63,715 bases of DNA, filler included, from Pelomyxa schiedti (GCA_020536535.1; 12 parts of 12 records of this genome joined end to end with filler, not necessarily neighbours in it); one strand, 5' to 3'; counted from the first letter of the whole stretch, positions 49,446 to 61,977 are shown. Program-made: numbers and translations. The notes: generated by a model from the sequence alone, not told the origin.

Positions 49446-49647
49446 CAAAGTACAAAGATGGTGTTGTAGTTAGGCGGACCAAAGCGTGTTCTTTGTTTCA
49501 GCAAGAGAGGGCCATGCCAAGCCCTCTCAACACTATCTATCTTGTTGTGAGTTTGGAACACTGAGCGTGACGCTGACTCGTTGATTTCCGAGCAGCAATC
49601 AGACAGTGTCAGGGGGAACACCTCTTCTTCTTAAGAAATACTTGACT

Positions 49648-50748
49648 TCAGGCCAACACACAACCAGTTTCCTTCTTTTTATTTACACGTCCAAGTGGGT
49701 ACGTTTTGTCCTCAGCTGGAGGAGCACCTTCAAGTGCCAGCAACCCAAAGGCAGCAAGAAGTTGAGGCATGTTCTTCATGGTCTTTGCTGACACCTCAAC
49801 AAATCCGTCACAGTGGTTGGCTCTTGCAAATGCAAGACCTTGCGCATATGTGACAGCAGCTTCTGTGTCCAAAGTCCCGTGTCCCGTGAAGCCATGTTGC
49901 ACCTGGTTGATCCTGTCAACAATGTCTGCCTTGTTTCCACACAGAAGGAACTGTGGGTGAGTTGTGTTAGTTTTGTTTGCCGAATCTCCCAGCACACAAC
50001 CTTTCCAAAATAATTAAGATCACGAATTTCAGTGATTAATCCAGCAAGCGAATTGAGAGAAGCAAGGCATGTGATATCATAGACAAGTAGAATGGCTGCT
50101 CGTTTGCGGCAATACATCCTCAGCTGAGAGTGATTAATTACCACACTGCTTTGGGTGTTTTTGTGTAGGGGGGCCAACGTGGTGGGGTGGAGAAAAAAAA
50201 GAAAGAAACACACCATTGGGCGGTACCTTTCCCTTCCACTTGTGTCTGTTTTGTTTTTTTCTCAACAAAAATCAAAATAAAATCTCCAACATACCCCAAA
50301 TACCCATCTTGACACCTCTGCCCCTGACAGGTGCCATTCCAATCTGGAAACCAGCACCAATCGTGGGATCCGTCTTTTCAGGGAAGTCCTTGCCAACGAG
50401 CCTTTCTGCAATGCAGGTTTTTCCAGTTCCACTTGCACCAATCACACACACCTGGATTCCCTGCTGCGCTGCGATCCAGTCACACCCATCCACAGACTCC
50501 AAACGTTCTGTCAGCCACTTGACACACAGCTGCGATCGGAGTGTCTTCAGTTTGCTTGAAACACAAAAACACAGTTAGTGTCTAATGTACAGAAATAAAA
50601 TAAGACACATTGAAACAAATGAGTGGAACAGTTTGTTCACACAGTCGAGTGCAGCCAACGTCACCAAGTCGTTGGTGTTACGAACGATACTCTCTGCGAT
50701 GCACTCGTCGATATTCACGTGCGCGATGTCCTCACAACCCCCAAACAT
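49648..50748 (-). CDS. Rab-like small GTPase with an N-terminal F-box-like extension and CaaX end
   Basis: G1 GASGTGKT, G2 PTIGAGF, spliced G3 IWDTSGRERY, LLVYDIT, G4 GNKAD, G5 EVSAK, C-terminal CVLA*. An upstream exon from ATG 50748 splices in frame. Confidence 0.85.
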
Positions 50749-50834
50749 TGTTGTTGATTCTGATGTTAGTTGGCTATGCAGTCTTTTTTCTGGTTACAAG
50801 TGTTCGACCAAGTTTGTTGAGTAGGCATTTTTTT

Positions 50835-51626
50835 ATGGAAGTCATTCAGTTGGTGTCAATGTACTTATTGTTTGTGTTGTATGTTTTATTCTGTTGCGCC
50901 TGCATCCCAATTTTCTTTGGCAATCAGATTTGGGGAGCTGCAGCTGTGGAGAGGTGTGATGGATTCCTGTTCGAGCTATCAGATTTGCTATCCGGAAAAC
51001 CCTTTCAAGGCTGTTTAAGGCTGTGGACAACGGCGACGCCGAGGCCACCATGGAAATTCTCACCCACAACCCCCACATCAACCTCAACAGCCTGTATGGT
51101 AAGGACGAGGGCGCCAAGACACTCATGCACGTGGCCGGCAATGCCTCCGTTGTGGCAGCGCTACTCCCCGACCGCCCCCACACACTCCCTTCTCCGACGT
51201 GAATGCGCTGGATGGGGCACGCAACACCCCGTTGATCACCGGGTGCATCAGCGGAAAGGAGGACGAGGTGAGGGAGCTGCTCTGCAGGGGTCGTGGGGAA
51301 CGGCGGCTGGTCGCCGCTGTTCTGGGCAATCACTGGTGTCAGTGCCAGAATCGTGAGGCTGCATCTGGGGCACCCTGCCACCGACGTGAACATGGGTGCA
51401 GGGTATACACTCCTTTGGGGATGGCTCTGTGCTGGAGGAACGCTGAGATTGCGCTAATGCTGGAGAGGCACGGCGGTACAGTAAACGAGGAGATGCGTGA
51501 AGAGTACTTGGAGTTGTGCCAGACACTTCACGCTGAAGTATCTTCAGCTTCTGTGGAGCTGTTGAATGAAGAAAATATCCTTTTAACAGCTCAGAATAAG
51601 AGTTTGAGAGGACAGGTTGAACACTG
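50835..51626 (+). pseudogene. Ankyrin-repeat pseudogene with several frameshifts
   Basis: Ankyrin segments LFKAVDNGDAEATMEIL, KTLMHVAGNASVVAALL, DVNALDGARNTPLITGC, SPLFWAITGVSARIVRLHL..DVN and YTPLGMAL lie in alternating frames without introns. Confidence 0.7.
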
Positions 51627-51825
51627 AATCCCTCACTCTGTACCTTTTCCTCTATTAATTATTACTGGGGGGAAAATACGGGCACCAGGAAAATGTGAAC
51701 CTCAGAGCCATGTGGCCTCTTTTCCTGACCCCCTCTCATTCTTCCCTCCTCATCCAGCTCACACCAGCAGTTGCCCAACAAGCACAACAACAGGAAGCAA
51801 CCAGATCAGCACCGTTCAAACCAAG

Positions 51826-52690
51826 ATGAAAGAGGTTCTAGGTATGATGGATGCCAACAGGAGCACCAGAATGTCATCCTCTGATGCCATTCATTCTCTG
51901 GCTGAACACGTGCTTATGGTCTCCCAGATAGTGTGGGACCCGTTCTTCGGCTTCGACCATAACCCAGCTGGCGTGGCTTCTCGGGGTCGCTGACGCCCTG
52001 TTCCCCCTGGTTCCGGGCGCCTGCCAACAACACTGATACTACTACATGTTGGAGTGGAGTTCGACTGTCGTGGGTGATTACAACCTTCAATGTCACGCCA
52101 ACAGAGTACGAGCTGACCTCTGTCTTTGCATACTCGCGCAATCTGGAGGTCCAGTGGTTGCCAACACTTTTCCCCACCATCAACAGCCACATATTCTGCA
52201 GCCTGTGGCAACTCACAAGACAGTGTGTCAGTGGTCAAGTTGTTTCAACTGGGAATATTTCACAGGCAAAGCAGATTAATTTCACTCACTCAACACAAGC
52301 TGAGACTTCCAGAACCCAAGGTGTATCCTTCAGAACGAGGAAGATGCTTATGCACATCAAAAAGATCAATTCCGACAATTTCAGAAATCACACTGCATTG
52401 CTACACAGCTACTGAATCACACAAGGAGGGTTGAATGATGATTTCAATGGTGAAACCCTGTGCGATCCAGTCACAAACCACCTCGTCTCGGAAATGACCG
52501 AACATGCACTTTCTTGCCCTTTCACTGGATGTACCCACGGTGTGCTGATATCTTGCAGTTGTGCCCAATGAAGGAGTTGGAGACCCCGAGGTTGCAGATG
52601 GTGTTTTGGGGAAGCGTTTGAAGGATGGCCCGGGGTCACCTCCACACACTTTCGGAAAGTTCTGAACAAATATCATCTCCTAAAACATCA
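51826..52690 (+). pseudogene. Degraded member of the expanded ankyrin-like family
   Basis: VLMVSQIVWD start resembles GVSRVVWE of the 30712-32893 gene; RNLEVQWL repeat; in-frame stops. Confidence 0.4.
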
Positions 52691-52817
52691 ACACCACCCG
52701 CCGGTTCTGCGATTGGATCGACCAATACGCGACGAGAAATCACCGAAGGGGCGGGAAATGATCTCGATTGAGCTTGCTTTCCAACAACAGAGAAAACATC
52801 TCGACCAAACGACAGCC

Positions 52818-53582
52818 ATGCACGCTGGCGGGTCAGCGCGCCTGTTGCTGGTGGTTCGTCTTGCTCTGTCAATTCTCTCCGTGATGATAATTGTTACAAC
52901 TCCTCCCTGTAACTCGCAATGTGATGCGGGCCTCGACGTGCGGGCGCCAATGTACTGGAACGGACAGTGGGTAATAATCCAGGTGGTAGACTGCGGCGTG
53001 GTGCAGCCAGAGTTCGAGGCTGACATGTCGGGTGCCACTGACCACCAGCCCGACGCCGACGCTGATATATACAGCATACCTGCACGATGGAATTGGTAAT
53101 CCGGACCGACCTCTGCTTATTTAATTATTTGAACCGCTTCTTGGTTTTTGTTTGTTTGTTTGTTGTTATTATTAATTAATTAAATTTGAAATTATTTATT
53201 TATTATTTGTTTTTGTATTTGTATTTTATTCTTGCTGGACTGGCTTTTTACCTATGTTGTAGGTACCCTCCTCCTGAGGTTACTGACGACATGCAGTGCT
53301 ATTTCAAAACAGATTGGAACCTTCGTATTGCTGCTGGCAGTGGTCCAGTGAACTCAAGTGCAATGTATTCAGCTGCAAGCGTTTCAGACTTGCCAGAGAG
53401 TGGGGAAGTACCTGACGTGGACGTGCTGAACCAGTTTGAGGTTTTCATGTACTGTTATGACAACTTTGTCAGCTCGGTTTCTTTCCAATTTTGGTTCAGC
53501 TGTGGGCACTATGTCAACTCGACTGATGGCACATCCCCTTCTTACTTTGAAAATGTTCTTTTTGAGGAGTATTCATTTGCCC
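52818..53582 (+). CDS. Secreted/surface protein N-terminus, paralogous to the 54865-56190 gene, 3' truncated
   Basis: Signal peptide; WVIIQVVDCGVVQ; NSSAMYS..VSDLPESGEVP; FEVFMYC; intron at about 53096-53262. Confidence 0.65.
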
Positions 53583-54864
53583 NNNNNNNNNNNNNNNNNN
53601 NNNNNNNNNNNNNNNNNNNNNNNNNNTTAATTAATTAANNNNNNNNNNNNNNNNNNNNNNNNNNNNNNNNNNNNNNNNNNNNCCCGCCGCCACTTTCGTC
53701 CGGCTTCTGCCCTTGTCGCGCGACTTTTGCCCCTACTTTGCTGGCCTGCGGCGCCCTCCCCTTTGCCGCGTCTCTTCCGGCCGCTTTTGTTCCCCTGCCG
53801 CCGCCGCTTGTCCTTCCTTTGCCTTTGGTTTTGCTGTACTGTACCTGCTTGTTTTTTCTTTTCCTCCTTTTTTTTTTGTTCCCTTAGGTGCAAGGGTGTG
53901 TAAAGTGGGTGCTGGGGCAGTGTGTAGCCAGAGCCAGGGACATGAGATGTATCTAAGTAATAAGGGGAAAAAGGCAAAGCTGAACAGGACATGGATCTTG
54001 GTACTTGACTTTCCCCAGCTGCTGGGACGGACTTAGATCGCAGGAAGAGATTCACCAAAGCTGCTTGACACCGGCTGGGTCGCGTCGTGAAGCATAGTAT
54101 CAACCTTCACCCTTAAGGAAATCTAAATGGCTGTCGTGATATCAAATCAAGCCCACACGCCGCGATCGTCACAGCCAGCGACAATGTTACTATTCATGGT
54201 CCACACAACTTTCACACATTGGCACAGGCATTCCGACGTGTCGGCAGGCAATTCCGGTTTGATCCTATGAACTTGTTGCAAGAAGGTGCTGGTTACAAAG
54301 AGGTGGAGGAGTTGTGATTTGTCCCACAGTTATGCCCTGTCTCTGTGGAAGTTATACCACAAGGAAGGAAAAGACACTGCGGCCGAAAAATTACATAGGT
54401 CCTTCTCACAGCACTTGAAACAAAGTAAGTAACACTAACGGCCCCAACACCGCCATTTTTTTCACTCTTGCAGTTCGAAGAACTTTAGGGTGTGCACTTT
54501 TCTACAGCACTACTGTGGAGAGGTTCTAGGGGGACCAAAGGCGTTATCGTACTTGGCCTCTGACAACCTTAACGAGGTTATAACACCTAGAGATATCTCC
54601 AAAGTATTGCTTGTGTAATTTTGTAGAACATTTGCATTTATTACCCCCTAACAGCCTCGCAGGGAATTTTCTTGCTTAAGTTGTCCAAGAAGGTTAAAAG
54701 TGCAACTCCAGGTTATCAGTTGCTGTGGAACGGTATCAATACCACCTAGAGCTGAAATCTGTTGNNNNNNNNNNNNNNNNNNNNNNNNNNNNNNNNNNNN
54801 NNNNNNNNTTAATTAATTAANNNNNNNNNNNNNNNNNNNNNNNNNNNNNNNNNNNNNNNNNNNN

Positions 54865-56190
54865 GTGATGCTATCCCGTCAGCTTCGTAAATACTTACAG
54901 TATCATCTCCCAGCGATAAGTATTGTATTGTAAACTCAATAGCATCGTAAGATCCGCCGACATCAACGTTCCACTGGCAAGTGGTCGAATATTTATATTC
55001 CATTGACGAATCTTGTCCATTCCATGGATAGTCACTTTGAATTGTACCCTCGGGGGTTGTGTGTGTTGCGTTTGCGGAACATCCACGCGTGCAGTTTGAT
55101 CCAAAATAACCTTCATTGCACTCACATGAACTGTTGATATTGCAAGTGCCATGTCCATTGCAGGTAGGATCAGCACTGCAGTTGTCTGCCATTCCACAGG
55201 TCTCATAGTCATGTACAAGAAGTTTATCTTTGTAAATTGTAATCAAGTTGCTTGATATTTGAACATCATAATGTCCAGGAATTAAAAAGCATGTAAATAG
55301 CTTTGTATCATTCAGTAAATCTCGGTCTCGGATTGGATCAGTGCTCACTGGTACTGCTGTGGTCCAAGTGGCAAAGTTTCTTCTCTCTGCAGTTATGAAC
55401 GAGCGAATCAGGGTAAAATATATTTGAAAACCCAAGCCATTGACGCCATTGAAATCAGCCCTGTGCCTCTTGGTAAGAAGTGCAACCAAAAGGTGGGTAG
55501 GGTGAAGACATACGGTATTATATAGGATACATTGAAGTGTTGCAGGGAGCACAGCTCCTTAGGGTACGTTACGTATAATGCACAGTCGTCGGTCAGCCAC
55601 CCTGAGTTACATTTACAAAGCCCACGCAGTACGTCGCAGTCTCCGTGCTCATAGCATAGCGTCGAGCATCCAGGAGTGTAGCACTGATAGCGGACCACAA
55701 ATTCAATAAGTGTGGTTGCGCCCGTTGAAGCGTCAACAAACAGGAATGACATTACTATGGTGCCCAGGAAATCCGCACCGCAGACGACGCTCACGTCAAA
55801 GGAGGTGGACGAGGAGGGCACGGAGCCCGATGACGGGAGGTCGCATGAGAGCTCGCTGTGGAAAGTGGAATTCGTGGCCTTGTCTGTGGAGGCGAGGTAG
55901 TGCGACAGCACGTAGTTGGCCTGGGAGGGGCCCCCGGTGCAGTCGCCCCAGCACCACGTGAACGTCAAGTCGGCAGTTTCGGCGTCGGCAACTGCAACTG
56001 TGGGATCTGACCCCCACGTGAAACCGTCTTGCACGATGCCACATTTGACGGCCGGGGTGATGACCCAGTCGGGGGTGGTACCTACCTCGTAGTTGTATGG
56101 CTCCGGCAGCTGCACATTGATGTTTGGCCCTACGCACTGTGAGCGGACGAGCCCCGCAACACCAAGCAAAGCGCACACGGCACGAAACAT
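54865..56190 (-). CDS. EGF-like + CUB domain surface protein, 3' truncated
   Basis: Signal MFRAVCALLGVAGLVRS; EGF CYEHGDCDVLRGLCKCNSGWLTDDC and CNGHGTCNINSSCECNEGYFGSNC; CUB EGTIQSDYP...YKYSTTCQWNV...DTVSIYE. Confidence 0.85.
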
Positions 56191-56358
56191 CTTCGCGATT
56201 TTTTTGCACCTTCCTTCTGTGTCCAAGGATTCCAGTTACAGTTGCAGCATATGGGTTTTTATTCTCGTATTTGGTTAGTTGAACAAAAAAAAAAAAAAAA
56301 CCAAGAAACAGAAGCACAACCGCAGGCAGTTACAGAACAAAGACAACAAACGACGGCT

Positions 56359-56705
56359 ATGCCGCCAATATATATTTTGTTCCTCGTGGCTCTTATTTGC
56401 TTCATCGCTTTGGTACTTCCATTTTCTTCTTTCTCCAACTTACTATTTGTCAGGCCGATGCCAGGCTAGTACAACAACACACCCGCTGGGGGCTTAGGCA
56501 AGGACAAATCCAACGCTGGGGGCTTAAGTCGCAAGGGCAAATCCAACGCTGGGGGCTTAAGTCGCAAGGACAAACCCAACGCTGGGGCCTTAAGTCGCAG
56601 GGACAAACCCAACGCTGGGGCGTCAAGTCGCAAGGACAAATCCAACGCCAAATGAAACGCATGAGCCTCAAACACGTCAAATTAAACGTATGGGCCTCAG
56701 GATAG
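56359..56705 (+). CDS. Small secreted cationic repeat-peptide precursor (101 aa, 2 exons: 56359-56412 and 56454-56705)
   Basis: Signal peptide MPPIYILFLVALICFIAL joined by a 41-nt GT..CAG intron to ADARLVQQHTRWGLRQGQIQRWGLKSQGQIQRWGLKSQGQTQRWGLKSQGQTQRWGVKSQGQIQRQMKRMSLKHVKLNVWASG*. Confidence 0.75.
56484..56648 (+). repeat. 33-bp coding tandem repeat, about 5 copies
   Basis: Unit CAACGCTGGGGSCTTAAGTCGCARGGRCAAAYC; first unit 30 bp, so frame is preserved. Confidence 0.9.
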
Positions 56706-56809
56706 TACGCCAATGAAAAACCGGTGGTACAAACTAGTGCCAAACACACCAGCAATTGTCAATAAAAAAAAAACCAATTTGAATTTTTTTTTTTTTTTCA
56801 TTGTGTTAA

Positions 56810-58746
56810 ATGACAGCCCGGGTGGCCCTAGACAAAGCCCCGTTCTACCGTACAGCACCATGCGAGGAAGTACCAACTGATGTCTACGCCAAATGGGCTC
56901 AAGACAGAATAACCTTATTTACGGCTTTCGACCACATAAATGTGTGTCGTGGGGAGATAGGACGAACAACGGCCGAGGAGAGGATTTCCCAGGCAGTACA
57001 ACGTTACATGCCATTGATAACAATTGCTGACTTACGAAAGTACTTTTCTTCTCCTACACCTACACCGAGTTTTACTGTATGCAGGGACCTTCACTCCCAC
57101 TTTGCATTGCGTTTAGCACTCTCTGGAACTCCAGAGAACCGTGCATGGTTCATCAACCACGAGCGTACACTCCTCAAGTACAGGCTGGAGCGACTCTCGG
57201 CAGAAGACCTTTCTTCGTTCCTTGTGGCAAACAAGATGACATACAGAAATCCCTCCGCTGAGGAGTTTGTGGAAACATCTGCTGGCATAGCTGGAGCAAT
57301 GCAAGCAGTGGCATTTAGTGCTACCAGGGATATCGAGAAGGCAACTACGGCAGGAAATGCTGCTGGTGCATCTAGGACGTCTGTGTATGTTGTTCCATTT
57401 GAGGAAGCAATAGACATCGTTGCTGATCGTGGTGCATTCTTGAAAAACGGATATGCCTATGTTACGGCTGACCGCCTGCCTACTGTTATTATAGGAAAGT
57501 TCAGGGTTCACTTAACTGAAGCTTTGGCTCGCGCCCAGAGGGCATATCCTCAAGTAGTTGCAAAGGTTCCTTATCTGGTTCCACTGTTGGTAACACTGGC
57601 CAATAAGCAAGCTGTCTCTTCTCATTCAGCCATTCCCCGTCAAACTGCAGGAAGGATCGAAATTGAAGGTACTCCTAAAAACTGTTATATTCAGTGATGC
57701 ATCTAACATGAACAAAAACAGACCTCGATTTGCATTGTGTACGATCATTCCCGCCCTGTATGCAACGACTTCATCATCACCTTCGAGAAGAACACCACCT
57801 AAAGCACTGGGGGCGCCACCAATATGGGCTATTCCTGAAAGGTTCTTTTCAGATCACTCCTTGTTTTGTTCACTGTATTAAGGGCTTGGTTTAACTGTGG
57901 AACAGAGCATCGACTTTTGGAGATCAGAATTGCTGCACAAAATGACGGAAGATAAGTGGGCAAAGGAATATCTGTACAACGTGCGTCACAGCTATGGTAA
58001 AGTGGGTGCCCAGAAAGACTACACACCTTATGGTTGTGCAAAAGTAATTTCAATGATGGTCTGTAACAACACAGATATCTTGCACGCAATCATTTATCTT
58101 TAGGTACAAATCAGTGCAAATGAGTACCACGGGTGCCCATTTAATTCACACCAAGTGCCGAGAGCAGACCTGGAGGCCTTGTTACAGGTGAGAACTTGAA
58201 GAGAAACAAAACGTAACGACAAATAAGGGCAATGACTTCCCTGAATCAGTTGCATTTGAGATACTTCGGTATGCCGAAGGATACCACTTCCAGATTGCAT
58301 GCAGGAAATACTTTGAGGCCAAGCACCCGTCAGCCGACCTGACTGAGCTGGCATTCAACCACCCCAATCAATACACAGAGTACAGCCTCCAGTACTGGAA
58401 AAACAAAGGCAACTTGCCGGGTCCTCGCCTGCAGCCGCCCCGGCCCGCGCAGCAGCGCCAGCCGCCGCAGAACACTCAGGCTCCCATCAAGCAACCGCCG
58501 CGGGACCAACCTGCAGATCTGGGGAATAGTTTCGCCATCAGCCCGGAGGATGAAGAAGCCATTGCCGACATCGATTTCGACGATATCTCCGCCCCAAAGA
58601 CCACATCGGTAGACAGCACACTGCCTCCCGCCACCGCCTCTGATAGTACTATTGCCATTCCACAGAACCAAGCACAGCAACCCACAGATCTCCCACCTTC
58701 CGCACAAGATCTGACCCCATCCGCACCCCCCTCCACAGATCACTGA
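56810..58746 (+). CDS. PRIM2: DNA primase large subunit (p58/Pri2) with P/Q-rich C-terminal tail
   Basis: [11 protein letters not shown]...[13 protein letters not shown]; [21 protein letters not shown]; [30 protein letters not shown]; [20 protein letters not shown]; YHGCPF; HFQIAC; HPNQY. Confidence 0.95.
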
Positions 58747-59853
58747 ATAAAATTACACAACTGCCGCCGGCTTATCACTCTCGTGTGGCATTTTTCTTTG
58801 AAAGGTCCAGTGTTGCCTGACAACACACGATGTCACCACTTTCGCGAATCACTGTAATTCTGGTGAGATTTAAAACCCATGGAAGGGAAAGTCACGGGAG
58901 CGGTGGAGGCCCTGCAGCACATTAGAGATGGCGACACAGTCGTAATAGGTTATGGGGCCGAGGCAATATCTCCACGCCGGTGGCCTAACCAGTTGTTGTT
59001 TCCCAGGGGGATATGCCGGCGCTGGGCATGCTGAATACCTTATGCTGAACCTGGAACGCATCTTCCTGGAGAGCGGCTTGCCGCGGAGNNNNNNNNNNNN
59101 NNNNNNNNNNNNNNNNNNNNNNNNNNNNNNNNTTAATTAATTAANNNNNNNNNNNNNNNNNNNNNNNNNNNNNNNNNNNNNNNNNNNNAGCTGTGTGGCA
59201 GACTGCAATCCTAGGCTTGGTTTTGACTGTCCTGTCACCAGTAACTTCACTGCCACATCACAAACCACTGACAACTTGTTGGGAGTGGCCCAGTTGCAAC
59301 TGCAGAATCGGCTTATCATCTCTCTGCTCTGTGTGGAAGTTACAGCTGGGTCTTAGTGGTTTCACACAGCTTCCCAGTGATGTTTCCAATCAGAGTCTTC
59401 TCCATCACAGCTATTCTTTCATCTATCTGGTGGTTCACCAGCTGCAAGTAGACTCAGTTTTTCAGCTCCTTGTGTTCTTGTTGTTTTGAAAAGACCTAAA
59501 GCAATTTAAAAAGTTGATAAGATAACGAATTAAAGTGCATAAATTGTTAAAATAATTTATTATTTAACACCACTCCATGTCAGATCTTTTAAAATAACAC
59601 AAGAAGGATACCTGGGAAAAATCCTTTTTTGTGAGCAAAGCAGTTGCATCCCAATCAAACAAATTTCACCTTCACCTGAAGTTTGCAGTGCATGATTGCC
59701 CAACAGGGTCCCTTTGATCCCTCCACTTTCCATCTATTAATTGATGTCTGAAATAACTTAGGAGATATTTGTGAAGGAAAAACCCCATGTATGTAATGAA
59801 AATTGTGTTTCATCCCAATGTGGAAGTGGATTGTTTTTGATTGTGGCAGTGGT

Positions 59854-60819
59854 TCAAGGTATCTCTGTTTTAGTTTTGATTGGTGCACAGCAGTGAGTGC
59901 ACTTCCTCACAGTTGTTGCACACTGCACAGGTTTTTTTGTTTTGTGTGTGTGTTGTCAGAACCCACCAAAGAATCAAAGAAAGAAAGCCACAGACCTGAG
60001 AGCACAGCACCACATGACCACAAGGCTGGAACTGCACATTTGGTGGCCTCTCATCACACTCAATGCACATCACCACGTTACCTCCTCCTGTTGGGCTGCT
60101 GCTATTGACACTGCTAATCATCCCTGTTTGTGGTTGTTGTTGCTGGGGGGCATGTTGTGTGTAACGACCTGCTGTTGGAATGACAGAGGCAGTGCACCCT
60201 GGCTGTGTCGCCATTGTTGTTGTTGAATTCATGCTGGCTGAAGTGCTCTTGGAAACCATTACATCCACGACAGACTGAAGTGAACGAGGGAGCAAGTCAG
60301 AGAGCTGAGACCACACATCAGGGTGTGACATGAACTGCTCATCACCCTCGAGTCCACGCATGAGCATGTACTTGCAATTGTGCGCCTCGTTGAGCCCCTG
60401 GCACGTTGAAAGGAGATCCACGATTTCCTTGTGGAGCCTCTGACCAAGTGCTGCCTGGGAGGTGCACTCCTTGTGTAACACTGTGTGTTGGTCAATGACT
60501 GCGTGGCACTTGTCGAAGTCGTTGCATCCCCCCCCTTGAGTCGACAACACTGTGTCAGTTGTGATCTCTCTCAACAGCAAGCTGAAAGGGACACAGGTGG
60601 AGGAAGAGGAGGGTGGAGGAGCTTCCAGAAGTTTCAGAAGCAACCACGGTTTGAGAGCCATCAAGTTGTTGATGTCTGTATGGGTGCATAAGCTGAAGAC
60701 TGGGTAAATATGTGGCTGGAATTTACCTTTGGTTGGAACTGCTCGTGTTCCTCGTTCTTTTTCTTCATTGTTCCCTGATGATGATGACAATGTCTTGATT
60801 TCCAGAAGCTTCTTCATCA
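59854..60819 (-). CDS. C-terminal part of a protein ending in an IAP/MGRN1-type RING finger, 5' truncated
   Basis: CIECDERPPNVQFQPCGHVVLCSQ, intron, then CATTVRKCTHCCAPIKTK...*; stop TGA 59854-59856. Confidence 0.75.
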
Positions 60820-61977
60820 NNNNNNNNNNNNNNNNNNNNNNNNNNNNNNNNNNNNNNNNNNNNTTAATTAATTAANNNNNNNNNNNNNNNNNNNNNNNNN
60901 NNNNNNNNNNNNNNNNNNNTACGGCAGAGTACAGTTCAGTAAAGTACAGCCAGTCAGTGCGTCATGATGAAACTGTACATAGGTTAGAAGGGAGAGTGGT
61001 ACGAGAGTGGAGGAGAAGATTAAGTTATACCTTGCAGCGTTTGTGAAATAAAATCCTTGTGTAGAAGAAGGTATTCTTATTTCCAATCTCGCACTTCCAG
61101 AACCACTACCGAACAACAACCACGGTTCTGTGAGCTAGTTGGGGAAATCAGGTTCTCTTGTTTCTTGTTTGAGGCAGTATGCAAAAAACTTCGGTTTGCT
61201 TGCAACCGGCGTTGTGGTTCCCTTTCATGGTCAGCCAAAAGCACCACACGGCCAACGAAATCACCTCAACAAACATCATTCCCAGGGGTTGATGGCAACA
61301 GCCCACAACTGACTGCCCTGCCAAAGTTGTTGTTCCTTTGCTCCACCTCATCCCCTTTTTAATGTGCACGGTAACCAATAATGCAAGACTAGCCATCCGC
61401 ACAAGCTCCAAGTTGGGTTCATCATGAGGGCAGAAGTGTCACCCAACTTAGACCAAACACTGCGCACTACAACCGACACCGTGCCAAAAACTACACATAA
61501 CGACAGGTCATTTCGAACAACAAGACTGCGTGCAGCCTCTGGGAGCAAAAACTTTGCGCGCCAACTTTTTTAGTTTTTGTGACTTCGCGTAGCTGTAGTT
61601 CTAAGTACGGTTCTAATCACTGATGGATTTCTGGGAAAACTACCGCGAATCTGTTGGGACCCTGAGGGAGATTCAGGCGACACCTAGAATTGATTCTAGC
61701 GCCTTTATAAGGCGGGAACAACACCATCGTAGTTATAGCAAGCAAAAGCTAAAGTAATAAACAATAAACTCTTGTGTTTGTATTCGGGCTTCTTTCTCCC
61801 TTACTACACAAGTAAAACAACAACCATCAACACCCCAGCACACCTCACAGTGTGGTGGTCACTATCCAAACCCAATCTACCTCGGCACAGTTTTTAAGGG
61901 AAATTTTTTTTGGAAATAAAACATAAACAAAAAAAAGGCAGCAAGAAACAGCAGCATGCACAGTGAAGGCCAAGTGG

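Noticed and set aside
53683-54764. Possible gene or transposon relic
   Set aside because: Only short interrupted frames and no recognisable motif.
56484-56648. 33-bp repeats as a CRISPR array
   Set aside because: No unique spacers, eukaryotic context, no cas genes, and the variation respects codons.
30612-60919. Recurrent TTAATTAATTAA motif flanked by Ns, resembling a repeat element or TTAA target site
   Set aside because: Identical 100-nt artificial spacers with six-frame stops; they mark contig joins, so cross-spacer gene neighbourhoods are also invalid.
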